DNA of 64,000 nucleotides from an uncultured Bacteroidota bacterium (GCA_902802755.1 CADCNH010000010.1:41300-105299), one strand, 5' to 3'. Positions 9,564 to 19,560 are shown, counted from the first letter of the stretch. Notes: generated by a model from the letters alone, not told the origin. Numbers and translations are program-made.

Positions 9564-10496
9564 TCAGTTTCTCTGCACATCATCCTTGGCCCGGCTGGTG
9601 GTTACCAGATAGACACCCACCACAATTAGCACCAGCGCCACGGGCTTGTTCCAAGTAAAGATGTCCTGTCCCAAGGCGATGGCCACACAGGCAGTTACCA
9701 CAGGCTGCAAATTACTATACATGCTGACCGTGGTAGGCCGCAGCACTTTCAACGACAAGGGCAACAGGAAGTAGGACACCACCGTGGCAAAGATTAAAAT
9801 GGTCATCAAATTGAGCCAAGCGGAGACAGGAACAGCATTATACAACATCGGGCAAGTCTCTTGTGAGAGATGGTATATGGCCAATGGTGCGCAGATAATG
9901 CTGCCGTATAAAAACATCCACTTCATCATGGTCACGGGACTGTATTTCTTGGAAACACTGCGTGTAATCAGCAGATAGGCAGCATAAAACAGGATATTGA
10001 CAAAACACAGAAGCAAGCCCAGCGGATGAGCGTTCGCATCGATTTTCCACGAGAAAAGCACAATCATCAGAGCACCGCAGATACCCACAAACACACCAGC
10101 GGATTTCCGTATGGAAATAGGTTCCTTCAAGAAAATGGCAGCCAGAATCATTACCACCAGCGGACTGGTGGCAGAGATCAGCGACACATAACTGGGCGAG
10201 GTATAGCGGAATGCCTCGGCAAAAGCGACCAGGGTTCCTGCCAGCACAACAGCACCGAAGACAAACAGTCCCATGTCTTTTTTCTCCACCTTCTCGTGCT
10301 TGAAAAACAAAGACAGCAGCCAGAAGCCCGCTGCCCCGAACAGCATACGCACTTCCGTAAACACTTCCGGATGGATATACTCCGGAATGATGGCTTTGGA
10401 ACAATTAGGGTTGATACCAAAAATGATATACACCGCCAGTGCCGCCAAATGGCCGACCCATTTAGGGGGAGTATAGGATGAAGTATTCAAAGTCAT
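9564..10496 (-). CDS. EamA/DMT-family transporter
   Basis: 310 aa, about 10 hydrophobic helices arranged as two EamA-like halves. Confidence 0.8.
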   Translation of the reverse strand: MTLNTSSYTPPKWVGHLAALAVYIIFGINPNCSKAIIPEYIHPEVFTEVRMLFGAAGFWLLSLFFKHEKVEKKDMGLFVFGAVVLAGTLVAFAEAFRYTSPSYVSLISATSPLVVMILAAIFLKEPISIRKSAGVFVGICGALMIVLFSWKIDANAHPLGLLLCFVNILFYAAYLLITRSVSKKYSPVTMMKWMFLYGSIICAPLAIYHLSQETCPMLYNAVPVSAWLNLMTILIFATVVSYFLLPLSLKVLRPTTVSMYSNLQPVVTACVAIALGQDIFTWNKPVALVLIVVGVYLVTTSRAKDDVQRN

Positions 10497-10565
10497 TTTT
10501 CAAGACAATAGTGTTATAAAATAAAAAAAGTGCAAAAACATTCTTCAAATATTTTTGCACCTCTA

Positions 10566-10639
<74 letters not shown>

Positions 10640-10921
10640 CTATTGTTTTGCAAAAGTACAATTTTTTTTGAAAAACCAACATTTTCAAAGATATTTTACT
10701 TTACCAATTAAACATTTGATTATCAGAGTTATACACAAACTCTAGTTCTGATTTCACTTTTTTTATGATACAAATTGCTCCATTTTTCGGAAGAATAAAG
10801 GCATTTTTTGACAAAACAAATGTACTTTTCGGATGAAAAACATCCTATTTTCCATGAGATGGAGCGTACTCCGTCTCCGCAATAAAAACAGTTGATTTAC
10901 GTTTATTTCAGGAATTTTCCG

Positions 10922-10929
10922 TACCTTTG
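10922..10929 (+). promoter_or_regulatory. Bacteroidetes -7 box (TACCTTTG)
   Basis: Matches the TAnnTTTG consensus, about 20 bp upstream of the ATG at 10950. Confidence 0.5.
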
Positions 10930-10949
10930 TAGCCTCAAAAAAGAAAATA

Positions 10950-11786
10950 ATGCTCAAAAGAATACTTTTCACTCTAGCAGTGTTTTTTACCATTATCACT
11001 CTCAACGCCCAGGAGGACAACTTCGCAGAGGATACCGTTTCCGCCAATTTCGAGGCGGCCATCACCTGCCCTACCATCGACTCCATCATCCAGCTGGCAT
11101 TTGCCAAGAAGCCCGTTGCAACTTACAAATACGGGGCCGCCGGTCCCAACCACTTCGACTGTTCCGGCTTCGTCTATTACTGTTTCGGGCAGTACGGCAT
11201 CAAGCTGCCCCGCAGCTCGCGCGACATGTTTCTTGTGGGACAAAAAGTGAAGAAAGAGGACCTTCAGCCCGGTGATTTGGTGTTTTTCAGCCGTGGAAAA
11301 CTGGAAATCGGCCATGTGGGCATTGTGATAGAGACCAATATTGACGGCAACCACAATTTCCGCTTTATCCATTCCTCCACCTATAAGACCAATGTCAGGG
11401 TTGACAATTCCATCAGCACCAACTATGCCACCCGTTACAAAGGGGCCCGCCGCATCATCAGCTGTGATGGTATTAACGGCAATACCACCGTCCTACCCTC
11501 TGACACTGTGATTTCAGACACTATCCCACCCATTCCGACACTTTCCACGACCACAGTTGGCACAGGCCAAGTCACGTCTGGCAATTCACAGGTCACCTCA
11601 GCCACCCCACAGAAGCCCGCTCCTGTACCTCAGCAATCCGCCATCAAATACCACAAAATCAAGAAAGGCGAGACCTTGTCGAGCATTGCCCGCAAGTACC
11701 ACACCACGGTGGCGAACCTGAAGAAGTGGAACAAATTGAAATCCGACCTCATCCGCGAAGGCCAGCGGATCATTGTGGCGAAGTAA
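10950..11786 (+). CDS. NlpC/P60 (C40) peptidoglycan hydrolase with C-terminal LysM domain
   Basis: Signal peptide. FDCSGFVYYCF (nucleophile Cys) and IGHVGIV (His). C-terminal YHKIKKGETLSSIARKYHTTVANLKKWNKL is a LysM motif. Confidence 0.85.
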   Translation: MLKRILFTLAVFFTIITLNAQEDNFAEDTVSANFEAAITCPTIDSIIQLAFAKKPVATYKYGAAGPNHFDCSGFVYYCFGQYGIKLPRSSRDMFLVGQKVKKEDLQPGDLVFFSRGKLEIGHVGIVIETNIDGNHNFRFIHSSTYKTNVRVDNSISTNYATRYKGARRIISCDGINGNTTVLPSDTVISDTIPPIPTLSTTTVGTGQVTSGNSQVTSATPQKPAPVPQQSAIKYHKIKKGETLSSIARKYHTTVANLKKWNKLKSDLIREGQRIIVAK

Positions 11787-11800
11787 GATTTTTCAATTTT

Positions 11801-12049
11801 CTGTCAAAAGAATTATCTGCTATCTATCCCAAGGGATACTCACCTCGCAACCTTCGCGATTATCGCCAGTTTTATCTGTGTTTCAAAGATTTGGAGATTT
11901 GGCACTCGCGAGTGCCAAATCTCACATGGACACATTATCGCACATTGCTTTCCGTCGTCAGTGATGATGCACGCTATTGATATGTACAGGAAGCATCGCG
12001 CGAAATGTGGAGTGTGCGCACTTTGGCTCGCAATGTGGGTTCTCAGTAA
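11801..12049 (+). pseudogene. Fragment of a DUF1016/YhcG-type (PDDEXK nuclease family) gene
   Basis: LSKELSAIYPKGYSPRNLRDYRQFYLCFKD ... NLTWTHYRTLLSV..DDARY*YVQEASREMWSVRTLARNVGSQ* resembles the N-terminal half of YhcG proteins. It has an in-frame TGA, and the nuclease half is missing. Confidence 0.5.
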
Positions 12050-12289
12050 AACTTGTTACTTGTTTAAGCAAGGAGAGAAAACTACTGCGTAATTATATTT
12101 GGAGACCGTAAGACACACGTTTACACTATGGACCTTGCTATGGAATTGGTGGAACATAGACGAGAATGAATACATTTATGGCTGGCACCAAACACAACAC
12201 CGCCATAGTCCGCCTCTCCTATTACGATAAGGCCAACTCCGAAAAGGTGCGCAACGCCGCTATGGACGATTTATAAAACATTCAAACTC

Positions 12290-12620
12290 GAATTGTAATC
12301 TTGCCAAATCACAAGGCAAACACATTACAATTTTCCCGCTGCTCCAGCCCTTGACTTTCGCGGCGGTCTCATTCTCCGCTCCGGTGCAATCTACACCCGC
12401 GCCGCGACTATAATGTATGATTATTCCCATTGCTATTGACATGGAATCCCTGACGGGATTCGGTGATGATGTGCAACCCTCTTCCCCAGGGTGATGGTGC
12501 TCGTACCTCGCACCTTGCCCTGGGCTATGATCTGAAACCCCTGACGGGGTTCTGTGACATATACATCCCCGTTTCCCCAGGGCGATGCCCTGGGCTAGCG
12601 GATTGCAGGATTTCAGCCAG
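12290..12620. repeat. Cluster of REP-like short hairpins
   Basis: Consecutive palindromes: ttgcc..ggcaa, gaatccctgacgggattc, cccaggg...ccctggg (twice), gaaacccctgacggggttc. The cccagggtgatggtgctcgtacctcgcaccttgccctggg unit recurs, reverse-complemented, inside the MITE at about 56940. Confidence 0.7.
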
Positions 12621-12908
12621 CAAATATTGGCACCACACGAAAAACAAAGCCTGGTGTTGAGCAATGGCGATGCGTGCGTGGGCAAGGCCGACGAGGAGGT
12701 GTTGCCGCCCGACGAGTTGCTCAAAGATTATTGTGCCAAGCGTACCGAACTTGACCGGAAAATTGACAGGACATTGACCGATATTCAGAGAATTTCAGGA
12801 ATCGATATTTCATAAATTTATACCAATCATTTTAAAAAAAAGAGTACCTTTGCGATTTGGAAACACGAAATGTGTTTAATACGACTTACGCACTATAAAC
12901 AGCCTACT

Positions 12909-13253
12909 ATGAACGATTTAACAGTTTCAAATATCGAACGACAGAATGTATTGAACAACCAATATGCAATCGCAAGGATTCAGGACAATCTTGGGGTGAC
13001 AGGTATGTTCTTTGACGACGAATACCTTTTTACTAAAAAGATGGTGGCAGATTTTTATGACGTGGATATATCAACAATAGACCGATACCTTCTTCAATAT
13101 CCAGACGAGCTAAAACAAAACGGATATTTTTTATGTAAAGGTAAAAGACTGAAAGAGTTTAAGTTACAATTTGCTCACGTCATAAATGAGGCGAGCAAAA
13201 CAACTCAGTTGGGATTATTCAACTTCCGTGCTTTTCTCAATATAGGAATGTGA
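12909..13253 (+). CDS. Hypothetical protein, possibly a truncated DNA-binding protein
   Basis: ORF with ATG at 12909 (MNDLTVSNIERQ...). An HTH-like stretch (KKMVADFYDVDISTIDRYL). It sits in a field of gene fragments, and the downstream sequence continues in another frame. Confidence 0.35.
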   Translation: MNDLTVSNIERQNVLNNQYAIARIQDNLGVTGMFFDDEYLFTKKMVADFYDVDISTIDRYLLQYPDELKQNGYFLCKGKRLKEFKLQFAHVINEASKTTQLGLFNFRAFLNIGM

Positions 13254-13432
13254 TGACGGCTCATTTTACAAAGGTTTTACCGAGGATTTGACAAAGAGGT
13301 ATCAGCAGCACTGCAGTGGAACAGGTGCAGATCATACACGTAAACATTACTACGACAAGGCCAACTCCGAAAAGGTGCGGAACGCCGCTATGGATGATTT
13401 ATAGAATTTGAATAGTCTGGTCGAGGCTTTTT

Positions 13433-13546
13433 CCGTTACGTCGAAGACGTAACATTATCTTTAACCCCACATTGGTCGGCACCGTAGGTGGCGGCTATGT
13501 GGGGTTTAGGCAGTCATAAGCAGCTCCTCTACGTCGAAGACGTAGC
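13433..13546. repeat. REP hairpins flanking RAYT-1 (downstream side)
   Basis: gttacgtcgaagacgtaac; ttaaccccacat(N22)atgtggggtt; ctacgtcgaagacgtag. Confidence 0.75.
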
Positions 13547-13554
13547 ACAACTCA

Positions 13555-13995
13555 TCAGTCATAAACATGAAACTCACAACCATTATCTGTGGTCATCTCA
13601 CCCATCTCCTTGTCAAAGGGTACCACCCCATGGTGTGCTTCTTGGTTCTTGATGTATTCTACGATGGCATCCTTCTGTCCCATACTGCAAGAGAAAGCAT
13701 AGTATTCCTTGCCCCATCCCACGAAGTCAGGGAATAGGTCTGAACGCTTCTTCGCCCAAATGGACGAGCTGCGTTTCAAGTTGTGCATAAACTGGGACAA
13801 AGATAGCTGTGATGATAAGTCCACCAGCAGATGGATGTGATTGGGAATGCCGTTCATCCTAATAAGTGTGCATCCGGAGTTCTTGATGATGCCATGCATA
13901 TAGGCATATAACTCGCGTTTGCTTTCCTCCGGGATGGTCATCTCGCGATTCTTCGTGTTGATGACGATATGGTATAGTGACTTTACTGTGCTCAT
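13555..13995 (-). mobile_element. IS200/IS605-like Y1 transposase, REP-associated (RAYT-type), copy 1
   Basis: 146 aa. YHIVINTKNRE, the HUH motif PNHIHLLV, and a C-terminal YIKNQEAHH region with the catalytic-Tyr-type helix. Flanked on both sides by inverted copies of the same hairpins. Confidence 0.8.
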
Positions 13996-14027
13996 GCATG
14001 GATTAACGCCATTTGCGGTTATTTATT

Positions 14028-14137
14028 GTGCTACGTCTTCGACGTAGAGGGAGGCTGGGACATCGTCTCTTAACCCCACATAGGTCGCTATGCTCCCATA
14101 ATGTGGGGTTAAAGAAATTATAACGTCTTTCGACGTA
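14028..14137. repeat. REP hairpins flanking RAYT-1 (upstream side)
   Basis: ctacgtcttcgacgtag; ttaaccccacat(N18)aatgtggggttaa; an acgtctttcgacgt-like copy. Mirror image of 13433-13546. Confidence 0.75.
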
Positions 14138-14196
14138 CTCCAAAGGTCTTTTGCATACTTTTCCATCTCTGGAAAAATATGAGAAAAAATTGCACA

Positions 14197-14230
14197 AAAA
14201 AAGAGGCTATCGAATGACAGCCTCTTTTTT
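14197..14230. terminator. Bidirectional hairpin terminator
   Basis: aaaaaagaggct-atcgaatgac-agcctctttttt, with A/T runs on both sides. It sits just downstream of the stop at 14249. Confidence 0.6.
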
Positions 14231-14248
14231 CAATATGCTTAAGAATGA

Positions 14249-15727
14249 TTATTTCTTCTTAGCAGCAGCTTTCTTGGCGGGAGCTTTCTTAGCAGCTGGT
14301 TTTGCAGCGGCTTTCTTAGCAGGAGCCTTCTTGTCGAGGAGGTGGTGTTTCTTTACGAACTCATCCAAAACTTCTTTCAAAGTAGGAGTACCGATTTCCT
14401 GGAGTTCATAACCAACTCTCACGCAAGGCTGTTTGATCTTGATGAAGCGCTGCAGGTCGATAGGAGTACCGATAACAACGGCATCGCAAGGAGTCTTGGC
14501 GATAGTTTTCTCGAGGTCCTTCATCTGTTTTTCGCCGTAGCCCATAGCGGGAAGCAAAGTACCGATGTTGGGATATCTTTCGTAAGTGGTGGTCAATTCA
14601 CCAACAGTGTAAGGTCTCGGGTCGATCAGTTCGGCAGCACCGTATTTCATAGCGGCAACAGTACCGGCACCAATCTTCATTTCACCGTGAGTCAATGTAG
14701 GACCATCTTCGATAACGAGAACTCTCTTGCCTTTCAGCAATTCGGGTTTGTCAACGGTGAGGATAGAAGCGCCGTCGATGATTTTAGCTTTCGGGTTGAT
14801 GCGAGCCAAGTTAGCTCTAACCTTGTTGATGTTCTCCAATGAAGCGGAGTCGATCTTGTTGATAACGATAACGTCGGCCATACGGGCAACTACTTCACCA
14901 GGATAGTAGCTAACTTCTGCACCGGGACGCAATGGGTCGGCAACGCCGATGAACAAGTCGGGTTCGTAGAAGGGGAAGTCGTTGTTACCACCATCCCACA
15001 GTACGATGTCGCAACCATCGGGATCGTTTTCAGCACCAGCCATTTTAACCCACTTGCCAGTCTGAGGATCTTTGGTCATACCACCCTTGAGGATAGCTTC
15101 ATAGTCAACACCAGCGTAGATCACATTTCTCTTGGTCACTACATGGGGTTCATATTCTTCCATCTCTTCGATGGTGCAGTTCTGCTTTTTCAGGTCAGCA
15201 ACTTCTGCGAAGCGCTGGATAGCCTGCTTGTTCAAATCGGGATCGTAAGGCATGGGGTGACGAACGGCAACAACCTTGAGGCCCATACCTACCAAATATT
15301 CAATAATACGACGTGAGGTCTGTGATTTACCGCAACCTGTACGGGTAGCACCAACAGCGATAACGGGTTTTGAGGATTTTACCATGGTGTCCTTGGGTCC
15401 CATCAAAACGAAGTTTGCGCCAGCAGCATTCACGATAGCGCTAACACCCATCACATAGTTGTAAGGTTTGTCGCTGTAAGCGAAAACGCATTCGTCAACT
15501 TTGAACTTCTTGATCAATTCGGGCAGTTTTGATTCGGGATAAATACGGATTCCGTTCGGATAGAGATCCTTACCTGCCAATTCCTTCGGATACAAACGGT
15601 CGTCGATACCGGGGATTTGTTCAGCGGTGAAAGCTACAACATTGTAATCTTTGTTACCACGGAAATAGGTGTTGAAGTTGTGGAAATCTCTACCTGCAGC
15701 ACCAATAATAATGACATTCTTTTTCAT
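14249..15727 (-). CDS. COG2403-like predicted GTPase (often annotated cyclic 2,3-diphosphoglycerate synthetase-like) with a Lys/Ala-rich tail
   Basis: 492 aa. N-terminal Rossmann-like IIIGAAGRDFHNF. P-loop GATRTGCGKSQT, plus WDGGNND. C-terminal KKAPAKKAAAKPAAKKAPAKKAAAKKK. Confidence 0.6.
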   Translation of the reverse strand: MKKNVIIIGAAGRDFHNFNTYFRGNKDYNVVAFTAEQIPGIDDRLYPKELAGKDLYPNGIRIYPESKLPELIKKFKVDECVFAYSDKPYNYVMGVSAIVNAAGANFVLMGPKDTMVKSSKPVIAVGATRTGCGKSQTSRRIIEYLVGMGLKVVAVRHPMPYDPDLNKQAIQRFAEVADLKKQNCTIEEMEEYEPHVVTKRNVIYAGVDYEAILKGGMTKDPQTGKWVKMAGAENDPDGCDIVLWDGGNNDFPFYEPDLFIGVADPLRPGAEVSYYPGEVVARMADVIVINKIDSASLENINKVRANLARINPKAKIIDGASILTVDKPELLKGKRVLVIEDGPTLTHGEMKIGAGTVAAMKYGAAELIDPRPYTVGELTTTYERYPNIGTLLPAMGYGEKQMKDLEKTIAKTPCDAVVIGTPIDLQRFIKIKQPCVRVGYELQEIGTPTLKEVLDEFVKKHHLLDKKAPAKKAAAKPAAKKAPAKKAAAKKK

Positions 15728-15786
15728 AAAAAATTGTGTTTTAGGTTATTATGTAAAAAAGATATTGTTTTTCAGAAAAAGCGGTG

Positions 15787-15794
15787 CAAAGATA
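15787..15794 (-). promoter_or_regulatory. -7 box TATCTTTG for the 14249-15727 gene
   Basis: The reverse complement of caaagata is TATCTTTG. It lies about 60 bp upstream of the start at 15727. Confidence 0.45.
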
Positions 15795-15856
15795 GTGATT
15801 TTTTCTTTACGATAAAATATTTTTCTATTCATAAAAAACAATTTTCATTATTTTGT

Positions 15857-15864
15857 TATCTTTG
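15857..15864 (+). promoter_or_regulatory. -7 box TATCTTTG for the 15893 gene
   Basis: ttgTTATCTTTGcaatc, 29 bp upstream of the ATG at 15893. Confidence 0.5.
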
Positions 15865-15892
15865 CAATCTGAATATAGAGAACTGAAAAATC

Positions 15893-17167
15893 ATGGATTA
15901 TAAGCAACAATACCAAAGTCAAGAGCCCAGTATAAAAATAGAAAACTTCGAAGAAACGATTCCTTTGTGTTTCAACACCATTTATTATGTGGAAAAAACT
16001 GGGAACGACAGCTTAAATGAGCTTGTGCGTCAGTGTTTCCAACGAAATCCAAACAGCAGGCTTCCACGCGACTTGCAAAAGCTTACTTACCGATTTCACT
16101 ACCTTACCCAAGCGGATGTGCAAACCGAGAATCTACGCAATCTCATCGCAAAAACAGGGGCAGATACTGATAGTCTTATTGCTATTGAAACCATCGGTCT
16201 TATACGCAAATGCCTCCACGCCGACACTGGTGGGCACCTTATAGCCCGACAACTGCCCAAACTAAAAAAATCTTACCATGAGGAAGAAGATGATAGCATT
16301 AACGAGTCTCTTATCAGCTTTCCGCTTCATGAAGCCAACTACAGTGCGGAACAGACCGCCACACAAATACAGAATTTTGTAATAGACCTGGCCAAAGCTG
16401 ACTTTACCAGTCTTTCAGGTGTTTCTTACTACAGATACTATTATGACAAACACGAACGGAGAACAAGTACAAGCAGAATATCATCCTCATTAACAATCAG
16501 TCTTCTCGTCCTACCTCTCAACATTCCGGAAATAGATAAAGAAATGCAAGAAACAATAAATACCTTGCATCAAAAAGGATATATCGATATTTCCAGTGAT
16601 GATGACACAAGCAATTCCAGTAATATTCTGCGTAAAATCGCCGATGCCATAGAAAACAACAACAAACTTGACAAGTTTTGCAAATTACAGGTGGACAAGC
16701 ATGGAGTGATTTTCATTGAGACACCACAGGGTGGCAAACTCAAATGCAACTTTGGCAGAGGAAGGTTAGGAAGAGCACTCTACATTCTCTTTTTGAGGCA
16801 AATAGAACGTGCAGCTAAGGACCTGTCTGGGAAGACCGCTAAAACAATTTGCGTCAAACCTATGGATATGGATAAAGAAAAAGAGATGCTTACCATTTAT
16901 AAAAAAATGGAGCCATCGTTGAGTCCACTTGCTATGCAAAGAACCATCAAAGAGTATTGTAAAGATACAGAAAACGACAGAAGCAAAATCAACAAATTCT
17001 TCGAAAGAACTTTCTATTTGAATGTCATTGAGAAGGCTCATCCAGGAAAGCACTACTCCATCAAAATTGTGGACCAAGACCCCATAACAGGCCAGAGTCT
17101 CCATGCTGTGGGACTGGATGCTGACGATTTCAAGCTCGGCGAATACAGCATTGACAAGTTGCCATAA
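15893..17167 (+). CDS. Hypothetical 424-aa protein (no domain recognised)
   Basis: Long ORF with its own promoter box. AT-rich relative to its neighbours, no signal peptide. Followed by the palindrome ttctgcta-c-tagcagaa at about 17173. Confidence 0.7.
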   Translation: MDYKQQYQSQEPSIKIENFEETIPLCFNTIYYVEKTGNDSLNELVRQCFQRNPNSRLPRDLQKLTYRFHYLTQADVQTENLRNLIAKTGADTDSLIAIETIGLIRKCLHADTGGHLIARQLPKLKKSYHEEEDDSINESLISFPLHEANYSAEQTATQIQNFVIDLAKADFTSLSGVSYYRYYYDKHERRTSTSRISSSLTISLLVLPLNIPEIDKEMQETINTLHQKGYIDISSDDDTSNSSNILRKIADAIENNNKLDKFCKLQVDKHGVIFIETPQGGKLKCNFGRGRLGRALYILFLRQIERAAKDLSGKTAKTICVKPMDMDKEKEMLTIYKKMEPSLSPLAMQRTIKEYCKDTENDRSKINKFFERTFYLNVIEKAHPGKHYSIKIVDQDPITGQSLHAVGLDADDFKLGEYSIDKLP

Positions 17168-17323
17168 GACATTCTGCTACTAGCAGAACACGCACTAATT
17201 TTGTTTTTATCTTCATTTTTGCAACGTGAAATTAATATTCACGCTGTGCTACATTATGGCATAGCTATGACTTAATTTTACGGCAAAAAAATGTATTTAT
17301 CTGACAAATCAAATTAGACCATC

Positions 17324-19066
17324 ATGAAAAAAGCGACAGACAACTTCAATGCCATCAGCACCTTCACCGATGTAGCGAGAATGCTGGACAACTCTCACAG
17401 CGAAATCCTCGGACTCTACAACGAGTCCATCGCCAAGATTCCCTTCGACAGCAAGTCTTTCAAACACAAGCTGACTTCACCTGAAAAAAACCAGGAATTG
17501 CAAGACAATGTGCAGAAACTCAGCAAACTTTTGAAAGCCACCCCTGAAGAGACCATAATCTTTGTAGCCATTTATGCCTACCAACTAGTTCACGACAGTG
17601 CTGCCGACACCCGCGACATCACCCGTTTTATCGGCATCAACGAGCTGGACTTTCTGCCACTGAAGAGCAGTTTACAATCCCTGCTGAAAAAAGGACAAAT
17701 CCGCATGGTGGAACGCCACAGACGTTATGACGAATACAAAATCAGCAAAGCGGCGGAAAATGCCCTGCTCAACAACAAACCATTCAAAGCCGAAAAAGCC
17801 GTGAAAATAGACCGCTACAAATTTTGCGAGCGCATTTCCGACTTTATAGAGATGCGAAGCAACGATGAAATGGAAACACGAGACTTGTTCAAGCTGGCAC
17901 AAGAGGAGGAAGAAAACAACAGTCAGCTCAAGTTCGTCAAAGAAGTAAATAAAATTCTGTCATCGGTGGAGGACCGCACGCTTTTTTACGAAATCTGCGA
18001 TGATTATGTGAGAGACAATCGCAGAAGAGCTGCCAGCGGACTCGACTGCACACTTTCCGACATCTACGACAGTTGTCGTGGCCGCCTAAATGTGGCCAAA
18101 TCCATTATGGCCAAGGAGCACGCCTTGTTAATCAACGATTTGGTGGAACTGCTTCCGTCAACATTCTTTGGTGACGCCTGTCTAACACTGACCGACAAAG
18201 GAAAAGCTCTTTTCCTGGAAAAAGACTTGGAGCTGTTCAACATCAAGGGAAAATCCGACAAACGACTGATTGCACCCGACAAGATTCCCGACAGAAAACT
18301 GTTCTTCAGTGAAGAACTCGGCAAAGAACTCAATTTCGTGCGAGAAAGTCTGATGGACGACAACTTCAAAAATCTGCAGCAACGCTTGGCCGACAACTCT
18401 CTACCCAAAGGGGTTACTCTGCTTTTCCATGGATTACCCGGCACCGGCAAAACCGCTGCCGCCGATATGCTGGCCAAAGCCACTGGTCGCAGCGTCTATC
18501 ATGTGGATATCGCCGCCTCCAAAACCTGTTGGTTCGGGGAAAGTGAGAAACTGTTCAAGCAGATTTTCACAGACTATCGCAAGATGTGCGAAAAGGAAGA
18601 AAAAAAGCCTATCCTCCTGTTCAACGAGGCCGACGCACTCTTCAGCAAACGCAAGGATGTGAATTCCGGCAGTTGTGCCCAGACCGAGAACGCATTGCAA
18701 AACATTCTTTTGGAAGAGATGGAGAACCTCGACGGTATCCTCATCGCAACCACCAACCTCAGCTTCAATCTCGACAGTGCTTTCGACCGCCGCTTCCTGT
18801 TCAAACTTTATTTCGGACAACCCGACACCGAGGCCAAGAAAGCCATCTGGAAAAGCAAACTCAGCTGGCTCTCCGACGAAGACGCCGACAAGCTGGCCTA
18901 CCGCTATAACCTTTCCGGCGGTGAAATCGACAACATCGTGCGCAAAACCCTGATGGAAGAGGTGCTGAACGGCCAACGCCCCACCCTTGCTACCCTCGAA
19001 AGCTGGTGCAAAGGCGAAAAACTGGAGCAGAAGAAAGGCCGAACAATTGGGTTCACAAAAAACTGA
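17324..19066 (+). CDS. AAA+ ATPase (classic AAA, PF00004-like) with an N-terminal wHTH-like region
   Basis: 580 aa. Walker A GLPGTGKT. Walker B region ILLFNEADALF, with Asn where Asp is canonical. Sensor-1 IATTN. DSAFDRRF Arg finger. The GESEKL motif is typical of the ATP-binding-protein clade seen in conflict loci. N-terminal DITRFIGINELDFLPLKSSLQSLLKKGQIRMVER looks like a winged helix. Confidence 0.85.
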   Translation: MKKATDNFNAISTFTDVARMLDNSHSEILGLYNESIAKIPFDSKSFKHKLTSPEKNQELQDNVQKLSKLLKATPEETIIFVAIYAYQLVHDSAADTRDITRFIGINELDFLPLKSSLQSLLKKGQIRMVERHRRYDEYKISKAAENALLNNKPFKAEKAVKIDRYKFCERISDFIEMRSNDEMETRDLFKLAQEEEENNSQLKFVKEVNKILSSVEDRTLFYEICDDYVRDNRRRAASGLDCTLSDIYDSCRGRLNVAKSIMAKEHALLINDLVELLPSTFFGDACLTLTDKGKALFLEKDLELFNIKGKSDKRLIAPDKIPDRKLFFSEELGKELNFVRESLMDDNFKNLQQRLADNSLPKGVTLLFHGLPGTGKTAAADMLAKATGRSVYHVDIAASKTCWFGESEKLFKQIFTDYRKMCEKEEKKPILLFNEADALFSKRKDVNSGSCAQTENALQNILLEEMENLDGILIATTNLSFNLDSAFDRRFLFKLYFGQPDTEAKKAIWKSKLSWLSDEDADKLAYRYNLSGGEIDNIVRKTLMEEVLNGQRPTLATLESWCKGEKLEQKKGRTIGFTKN

Positions 19067-19127
19067 AAATTGAAAACTGAAAGTTAACCATTAATAATTG
19101 ACAATTAATAGTTTAGAGTTAATAATT
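19062..19127. repeat. Heptamer word-repeat tract (CTGAAAA / TTGACAA / TTAATA words)
   Basis: aactgaaaattgaaaactgaaagttaaccattaataattgacaattaatagtttagagttaataatt. The stop codon TGA of the AAA+ gene (19064-19066) lies inside the first word. Confidence 0.7.
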
Positions 19128-19478
19128 ATGGAAAAGATCAACAACATTAATTATGTGCTTGTCCACGAGGCCTTCCAAAGGGACGGATGGACGATGTACC
19201 ACTATTTTATGAGAGGTAACAAATGGGTGAAAGGCAATGATACCGTCACATGCTTCCGTGGTGGTTACAAGTTGAATGGCGAACCGCTAAGCAATGAGCA
19301 CCTGGCTAAAATGCTGCACATCGACCAGCGTGCAATAGCGGTATGCGAAGCGATTGCACCGCATGAGGTGCATGGTGCATACGGAAGAGCCTTTCTTGAA
19401 GGCGTTCGCTGGGCGGATGCGCACCCTGCAAAGGGAGAAGGAGAAATCTCCATCGGTTCTGCTACTAGCAAAAACTAA
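19128..19478 (+). CDS. Hypothetical 116-aa protein
   Basis: ATG at 19128 (MEKINNINYVLVHEAF...). The track ORF begins earlier at a non-ATG start. No recognisable domain. Confidence 0.55.
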   Translation: MEKINNINYVLVHEAFQRDGWTMYHYFMRGNKWVKGNDTVTCFRGGYKLNGEPLSNEHLAKMLHIDQRAIAVCEAIAPHEVHGAYGRAFLEGVRWADAHPAKGEGEISIGSATSKN

Positions 19479-19552
19479 AGCCGAATCGTTTCCCTTCGTA
19501 TCTTTGCATCATAAAAATTAACAAAGAACGCTCAAAAAAAGACAAATTTCAT

Positions 19553-19560
19553 TATTTTTG
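19553..19560 (+). promoter_or_regulatory. -7 box TATTTTTG for the 19589 gene
   Basis: attATTATTTTTGcaaaa, 29 bp upstream of the ATG. A second box, TATCTTTG, is at 19499-19506. Confidence 0.45.

Noticed and set aside
12585-12815. 76-aa ORF ending ...DELLKDYCAKRTELDRKIDRTLTDIQRISGIDIS*, considered as a remnant of a restriction/specificity subunit
   Set aside because: Its 5' half is REP-cluster sequence, and the remaining tail has no motif I can assign. I mention it only as part of the debris field.
14151-14411. 86-aa plus-strand ORF with AAAFLAGAFLAAGF repeats
   Set aside because: It is the antisense reading of the Lys/Ala-tail repeat of the GTPase-like gene and spans the terminator hairpin.
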